Assembly: GCF_055392785.1 (NCBI RefSeq) | Contig: NZ_AP042480.1 | DNA length: 24,000 bases | Reading direction: 5' to 3' (one strand) | In this document: positions 18,143 to 24,000 of the stretch, in pieces | How the letters are laid out: the number at the start of each line of letters is the position of its first letter | Numbering within the stretch: position 1 is the stretch's first letter | Notes under the pieces: generated by a model | Databases searched by the model: none | What the model was told of the DNA's origin: nothing | What the model saw: the letters and a program-made list of their open reading frames with translations, nothing else | Made by a program: the position numbers and the translations under genes

Positions 18143-19061
18143 CTTCAAGCAACCTTCTTCTGTTTTCTAAAACCATTTCAATCGCAAAAGTTCGAGACAC
18201 TTCACTAATGCAATCCGCTGGTACGTTATTGAATACGCCAACAATATCCTCGTGAGTTAACGTGTTTAATCGACCGAACCAATACTCTTTTGCTCTTGGT
18301 CTGTTTTCTATAGCATGTCTGAACGCTTCAACTGTTAACAGAGGTTTCTTGTCTGTTTTAAGTTTAAAGAGCTCTGAACGTGCTCTTTTCACAAAAGCAG
18401 GGATTTGCCGATTACGATCTTTAGTTGTAAGACGTTCAGCCTTTTCAACATCTCGCATTTCACGGCCAAGGCTGGCAGCATGATCATATGTTGGGCACAA
18501 CATTCTTTCACCAGTTTCATTGTTTAGCATAATTGCCCAATTTTCATGATGACGATCTTGATTGCTGATTAATGCATCAAGCAGCAAGTAACCGCAAAAA
18601 AAATCTCCTGCGTTTAAATCTTTTAAATCATAGCCACTTACAGGTGGATGGATTTTCTCGTGATCATTATCAAGACATCCTAATACACGAGTAACAGTAT
18701 GTTCCTTAACCCTCACGGCACTTTGACCAGGCGGTAATGGCTGGGGATAACCCATTGTGGTAGTGTGAAGAACCTCGTTTCCCATAACCATGCGGTATCC
18801 GGGAGGGATCATATTAGGTGAAATCACACCGTAACGCCCATCAATTAGAGCTAATTCGTATTCTGCATGAGGGATTCCCAGTAGATGGCAAAGCTCAGCC
18901 GCACATTTTTCAGACCAATGTTCGCCTGTCCCAGCCCTTGAGAACTTGAAAAGCCACAATTTAGGTTCCGTATCCATAGAAAACCAGAATTTTTCTTTCG
19001 TCCCGAGTTGCTCAAGATCACTGGCTACAGGAGCTAGACGTTCTAACCGATATTGAGCCAT
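18132..19061 (-). CDS. HipA-like Ser/Thr kinase
   Basis: Catalytic-loop-like LLDALISNQDRHHENWAIML and metal-binding LCPTYDHAASLGRE; start at ATG 19061 preceded by aaGGAag SD. Confidence 0.8.
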   Translation of the reverse strand: MAQYRLERLAPVASDLEQLGTKEKFWFSMDTEPKLWLFKFSRAGTGEHWSEKCAAELCHLLGIPHAEYELALIDGRYGVISPNMIPPGYRMVMGNEVLHTTTMGYPQPLPPGQSAVRVKEHTVTRVLGCLDNDHEKIHPPVSGYDLKDLNAGDFFCGYLLLDALISNQDRHHENWAIMLNNETGERMLCPTYDHAASLGREMRDVEKAERLTTKDRNRQIPAFVKRARSELFKLKTDKKPLLTVEAFRHAIENRPRAKEYWFGRLNTLTHEDIVGVFNNVPADCISEVSRTFAIEMVLENRRRLLEDES

Positions 19062-19521
19062 TAATCTTCCTTGTATGAGATACAAAAATTTGAATCATTC
19101 TACTCTGGGTTACGCCATAACGTGTTATAAATAATATCACCATACTGTGATTATATCCAGTTAATCACTATCTGTTATTATGGTAAGTATTAACAATTTC
19201 ATATAACTTTTGTCAGCGTTGTCAGAGGCAGGCTTACTGGACAAGAGGATAACCGAAGCTGGCTGGCAGAGGCAGTTACCCGCAAATTGTGGGACAGCTT
19301 TTATATAAACTATATAAACATCTCTTGGGCTGCGCTGAACACGGCATACAAGGACCTCTGTTTTTCCTTCCCCCTCCATAAACCACAACTCCGATCACAT
19401 TTCTGACATTTTCCCGGATTTTACACTACAGGATTGTTTCAGTATGTTTTTTATCTGGTGTAAATTTCAGCACTGACATTCCGCTTACGTTAATTTACAC
19501 TGAATACCTCACGAGGAGAAC

Positions 19522-21288
19522 ATGCAGTACCGGCAGGAAAACATTCTGACGAAAGCCTCTCGTTTACCCCATACTCTGTCCATTTCCTGTTATTTTGTAT
19601 TCCGGTGCGTATCTCCGTTGGTATGTTATCTCTCCGTTTTTTCTGTTTTTTTCATCCCCGCATTTTCGTCTCCGGCAGCCATGCTGTCTCCGGGTGACCG
19701 CAGTGCAATTCAGCAGCAACAGCAGCAGTTGCTGGATGAAAACCAGCGTCAGCGTGATGCGCTGGAGCGCAGTGCGCCGCTGACCATCACGCCGTCTCCG
19801 GAAACGTCTGCCGGTACTGAAGGCCCCTGCTTTACGGTGTCACGCATTGTTGTCAGTGGGGCCACCCGACTGACGTCTGCAGAAACCGACAGACTGGTGG
19901 CACCGTGGGTGAATCAGTGTCTGAATATCACCGGCCTGACTGCGGTCACGGATGCCGTGACGGACGGCTATATACGCCGGGGATATATCACCAGCCGGGC
20001 CTTTCTGACAGAGCAGGACCTTTCAGGGGGCATACTGCACATAACGGTCATGGAAGGCAGGCTGCAGCAAATCCGGGCGGAAGGCGCTGACCTTCCTGCC
20101 CGCACCCTGAAGATGGTTTTCCCGGGAATGGAGGGGAAGGTTCTGAACCTGCGGGATATTGAGCAGGGGATGGAGCAGATTAATCGTCTGCGTACGGAGC
20201 CGGTACAGATTGAAATATCGCCCGGTGACCGTGAGGGATGGTCGGTGGTGACACTGACGGCATTGCCGGAATGGCCCGTCACAGGGAGCGTGGGTATCGA
20301 CAACAGCGGGCAGAAGAATACCGGTACGGGGCAGTTAAATGGTGTCCTTTCCTTTAATAATCCGCTGGGGCTGGCTGACAACTGGTTTGTCAGCGGGGGA
20401 CGGAGCAGTGACTTTTCGGTGTCACATGATGCGAGGAATTTTGCCGCCGGTGTCAGTCTGCCGTATGGCTATACCCTGGTGGATTATACGTATTCATGGA
20501 GTGACTACCTCAGCACCATTGATAACCGGGGCTGGCGGTGGCGTTCCACGGGAGACCTGCAGACTCACCGGCTGGGACTGTCGCATGTCCTGTTCCGTAA
20601 CGGGGACATGAAGACAGCACTGACCGGAGGTCTGCAGCACCGCATTATTCACAATTATCTGGATGATGTTCTGCTTCAGGGCAGCAGCCGTAAACTCACT
20701 TCATTTTCTGTCGGGCTGAATCACACACACAAGTTTCTGGGGGGTGTCGGAACACTGAATCCGGTATTCACACGGGGGATGCCCTGGTTCGGCGCAGAAA
20801 GCGACCACGGGAAAAGGGGAGACCTGCCCGTAAATCAGTTCCGGAAATGGTCGGTGAGTGCCAGTTTTCAGCGCCCCGTCACGGACAGGGTGTGGTGGCT
20901 GACCAGCGCTTATGCCCAGTGGTCACCGGACCGTCTTCATGGTGTGGAACAACTGAGCCTCGGGGGTGAGAGTTCAGTGCGTGGCTTTAAGGAGCAGTAT
21001 ATCTCCGGTAATAACGGCGGTTATCTGCGAAATGAGCTGTCCTGGTCTCTGTTCTCCCTGCCATATGTGGGAACTGTCCGTGCAGTGGCTGCACTGGACG
21101 GCGGCTGGCTGCACTCTGACAGAGATGACCCGTACTCGTCCGGCACGCTGTGGGGTGGTGCTGCCGGGCTCAGCACCACCAGTGACTATGTTTCCGGTTC
21201 GTTCACTGCCGGGCTGCCTCTGGTTTACCCGGACTGGCTTGCCCCTGACCATCTCACGGTTTACTGGCGCGTTGCCGTCGCGTTTTAA
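19522..21288 (+). CDS. cdiB: CdiB, two-partner-secretion (Omp85/FhaC-like) outer-membrane transporter of contact-dependent inhibition
   Basis: 588 aa; signal-like N-terminus, POTRA block (GPCFTVSRIVVSGATRLTSAETDRLVAPWVNQCLN...), FhaC-type barrel with VRGFKEQY motif; SD gaggagaac before ATG; followed 12 nt later by cdiA. Confidence 0.93.
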   Translation: MQYRQENILTKASRLPHTLSISCYFVFRCVSPLVCYLSVFSVFFIPAFSSPAAMLSPGDRSAIQQQQQQLLDENQRQRDALERSAPLTITPSPETSAGTEGPCFTVSRIVVSGATRLTSAETDRLVAPWVNQCLNITGLTAVTDAVTDGYIRRGYITSRAFLTEQDLSGGILHITVMEGRLQQIRAEGADLPARTLKMVFPGMEGKVLNLRDIEQGMEQINRLRTEPVQIEISPGDREGWSVVTLTALPEWPVTGSVGIDNSGQKNTGTGQLNGVLSFNNPLGLADNWFVSGGRSSDFSVSHDARNFAAGVSLPYGYTLVDYTYSWSDYLSTIDNRGWRWRSTGDLQTHRLGLSHVLFRNGDMKTALTGGLQHRIIHNYLDDVLLQGSSRKLTSFSVGLNHTHKFLGGVGTLNPVFTRGMPWFGAESDHGKRGDLPVNQFRKWSVSASFQRPVTDRVWWLTSAYAQWSPDRLHGVEQLSLGGESSVRGFKEQYISGNNGGYLRNELSWSLFSLPYVGTVRAVAALDGGWLHSDRDDPYSSGTLWGGAAGLSTTSDYVSGSFTAGLPLVYPDWLAPDHLTVYWRVAVAF

Positions 21289-21300
21289 GGGATTATTACC

Positions 21301-24000
21301 ATGAATCAGCCTCCCGTTCACTTCACTTACCGCCTGCTGAGTTACCTGGTCAGTGCGATTATCGCCGGGCAGCCGTTGTTACCGGCTGTGGGGGCCGTCA
21401 TCACCCCACAAAACGGGGCCGGAATGGATAAAGCGGCAAATGGTGTGCCGGTCGTGAACATTGCCACGCCGAACGGGGCCGGGATTTCGCATAACCGGTT
21501 TACGGATTACAACGTCGGGAAGGAAGGGCTGATTCTCAATAATGCCACCGGTAAGCTTAATCCGACGCAGCTTGGTGGACTGATACAGAATAATCCGAAC
21601 CTGAAAGCGGGCGGGGAAGCGAAGGGTATCATCAACGAAGTGACCGGCGGTAACCGTTCACTGCTGCAGGGCTATACGGAAGTGGCCGGCAAAGCGGCGA
21701 ATGTGATGGTTGCCAACCCGTATGGTATCACCTGTGACGGCTGTGGTTTTATCAACACGCCGCACGCGACGCTCACCACGGGCAGACCTGTGATGAATGC
21801 CGACGGCAGCCTGCAGGCGCTGGAGGTGACTGAAGGCAGTATCACCATCAATGGCGCGGGCCTGGACGGCACCCGGAGCGATGCCGTATCCATTATTGCC
21901 CGTGCAACGGAAGTGAATGCCGCGCTTCATGCGAAGGATTTAACTGTCACTGCAGGCGCTAACCGGATAACTGCAGATGGTCGTGTCAGTGCACTGAAGG
22001 GCGAAGGTGATGTGCCGAAAGTTGCCGTTGATACCGGCGCGCTCGGTGGAATGTACGCCAGGCGTATTCATCTGACCTCCACTGAAAGTGGTGTCGGGGT
22101 TAATCTTGGTAACCTTTATGCCCGCGAGGGCGATATCATACTGAACAGTGCCGGGAAACTGGTCCTGAAGAACAGCCTTGCCGGCGGCAATACCACCGTA
22201 ACCGGAACGGATGTCTCACTTTCAGGGGATAATAAAGCCGGAGGAAATCTCAGCGTTACCGGGACAACGGGACTGACACTGAATCAGTCCCGTCTGGTGA
22301 CGGATAAAAATCTGGTGCTGTCTTCATCCGGGCAGATTGTACAGAACGGTGGTGAACTGACTGCCGGACAGAACGCCATGCTCAGTGCACAGCACCTGAA
22401 CCAGACTTCCGGGACCGTGAATGCAGCTGAAAATGTCACCCTTACCACCACCGATGATACCACACTGAAAGGCCGCAGCATTGCCGGGAAAACACTCACT
22501 GTCAGTTCCGGCAGCCTGAACAACGGCGGGACACTGGTTGCCGGGCGCGATGCCACGGTGAAAACCGGGACATTCAGTAATACCGGTACCGTCCAGGGGA
22601 ATGGCCTGAAAGTCACCGCCACTGACCTGACCAGCACCGGCAGTATTAAAAGTGGCAGCACACTCGATATCAGCGCCCGCAATGCCACACTGTCCGGTGA
22701 TGCCGGTGCAAAAGACAGTGCCCGCGTTACCGTCAGCGGTACACTTGAAAACCGCGGCAGACTCGTCAGCGATGACGTGCTGACGCTCAGTGCCACGCAG
22801 ATAAACAACAGCGGTACCCTCTCCGGGGCAAAGGAACTTGTGGCTTCTGCAGACACACTGACCACCACAGAAAAATCAGTCACGCACAGTGACGGTAACC
22901 TCATGCTGAACAGCGCGTCTTCCACGCTGGCGGGTGAAACCAGTGCGGGCAGCACGGTGTCTGTAAAAGGCAACAGTCTGAAGACCACGGCCACTGCGCA
23001 GACGCAGGGCAACAGTGTCAGCGTGGATGTGCAGAACGCACAGCTTGACGGAACACAGGCTGCCAGAGACATCCTCACCCTGAACGCCAGTGAAAAGCTC
23101 ACCCACAGCGGGAAAAGCAGTGCCCCGTCGCTCAGCCTCAGTGCGCCGGAACTGACCAGCAGCGGCGTACTTGTTGGTTCCGCCCTGAATACACAGTCAC
23201 AGACCCTGACCAACAGCGGTCTGTTGCAGGGGAAGGCCTCACTCACCGTTAACACACAGAGGCTTGATAATCAGCAGAACGGCACGCTGTACAGTGCTGC
23301 AGACCTGACGCTGGATATACCGGACATCCGCAACAGCGGGCTTATCACCGGTGATAATGGTTTAACGTTAAACACTGCCTCCCTCAGCAATCCGGGAAAA
23401 ATCATCGCTGACACGCTGAACGTCAGGGCGACCACGCTGGATGGTGATGGTCTGTTGCAGGGCGCCGGTGCACTGGCGCTTGCAGGCGACACCCTCTCAC
23501 AGGGCCGTAACGGACGCTGGCTGACGGCGGGCGACCTCTCCCTCCGGGGTAAAACACTGCATACCGCAGGGACCACGCAGGGACAGAATCTCACCGTGCA
23601 GGCGGACAACTGGGCGAACAGTGGCTCCGTGCTGGCAACCGGTAACCTTACTGCTTCGGCAACCGGTCAGTTGACCAGTACCGGCGATATCATGAGCCAG
23701 GGTGACACCACGCTGAACGCAGCCACCACGGACAACCGGGGCAGTCTGCTTTCGGCCGGCACGCTCTCTCTTGATGGAAATTCACTGGATAACCGCGGCA
23801 CTGTCCAGGGTGACCATGTCACGATTCGCCAGAACAGTGTCACCAACAGTGGCACGTTCACCGGGATCGCCGCGCTGACGCTTGCCGCCCGTATGGTATC
23901 CCCTCAACCTGCGCTGATGAATAACGGAGGTTCACTGCTGACCAGCGGCGATCTGACAATCACCGCAGGCAGTATTACCAGTTCCGGACACTGGCAGGGC
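21301..24000 (+). CDS. cdiA: CdiA, contact-dependent growth inhibition toxin/adhesin, 5' 900 codons only (continues past window)
   Basis: Open frame from ATG 21301 to the last base: [116 protein letters not shown]..., TPS domain followed by FHA-type repeats. Not in the supplied ORF track because it has no stop in the window. Confidence 0.95.

Noticed and set aside
20966-21321. ORFs overlapping cdiB (112 aa +, 115 aa -, 137 aa - at 19968, 90 aa + at 20339)
   Set aside because: Shadow ORFs in a high-GC coding region; no SD or family motif, while cdiB is unambiguous.
22284-23255. 323-aa minus-strand ORF within cdiA (and 23271-23609, 23667-23861)
   Set aside because: Antisense to the long open cdiA frame and Ser/Val/Leu-rich as expected from the reverse reading of FHA repeats.

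Overview
This window is the junction between an Escherichia coli core genome and a CP4/P4-like genomic island, assessed by reading only, with no database search. The left side holds the 3' part of pgaA (minus strand, with an in-frame TAG). A 768-bp IS1 with no target duplication joins it to the 3' part of what looks like ycdU, which suggests an IS1-driven deletion. Next come three 181-bp-period tandem copies of a tRNA-Ser (serX-like) 3' end plus terminator, then a P4-type tyrosine integrase. Island content follows: an AT-rich orphan 605-aa protein, a decayed IS1-family element, an AlpA-like regulator, and a partially duplicated DUF3987/YfjI-like gene interrupted by IS186 (11-bp duplication at a GGGG..CCCC target). 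After an ORF-poor stretch with strong hairpins there is a YfjJ/YagK (inovirus Gp2-like) protein with an HUH-like motif and a large KAP-family P-loop NTPase. An ISL3-family remnant precedes an overlapping two-gene operon of a HipA-like kinase and a HipS/HIRAN-like protein. The window ends with cdiB and the first 900 codons of cdiA, which runs off the right edge. The best candidates for undescribed biology are the 605-aa orphan next to the integrase, the kinase/HIRAN pair beside cdiBA, the KAP NTPase, and the tandem att array.
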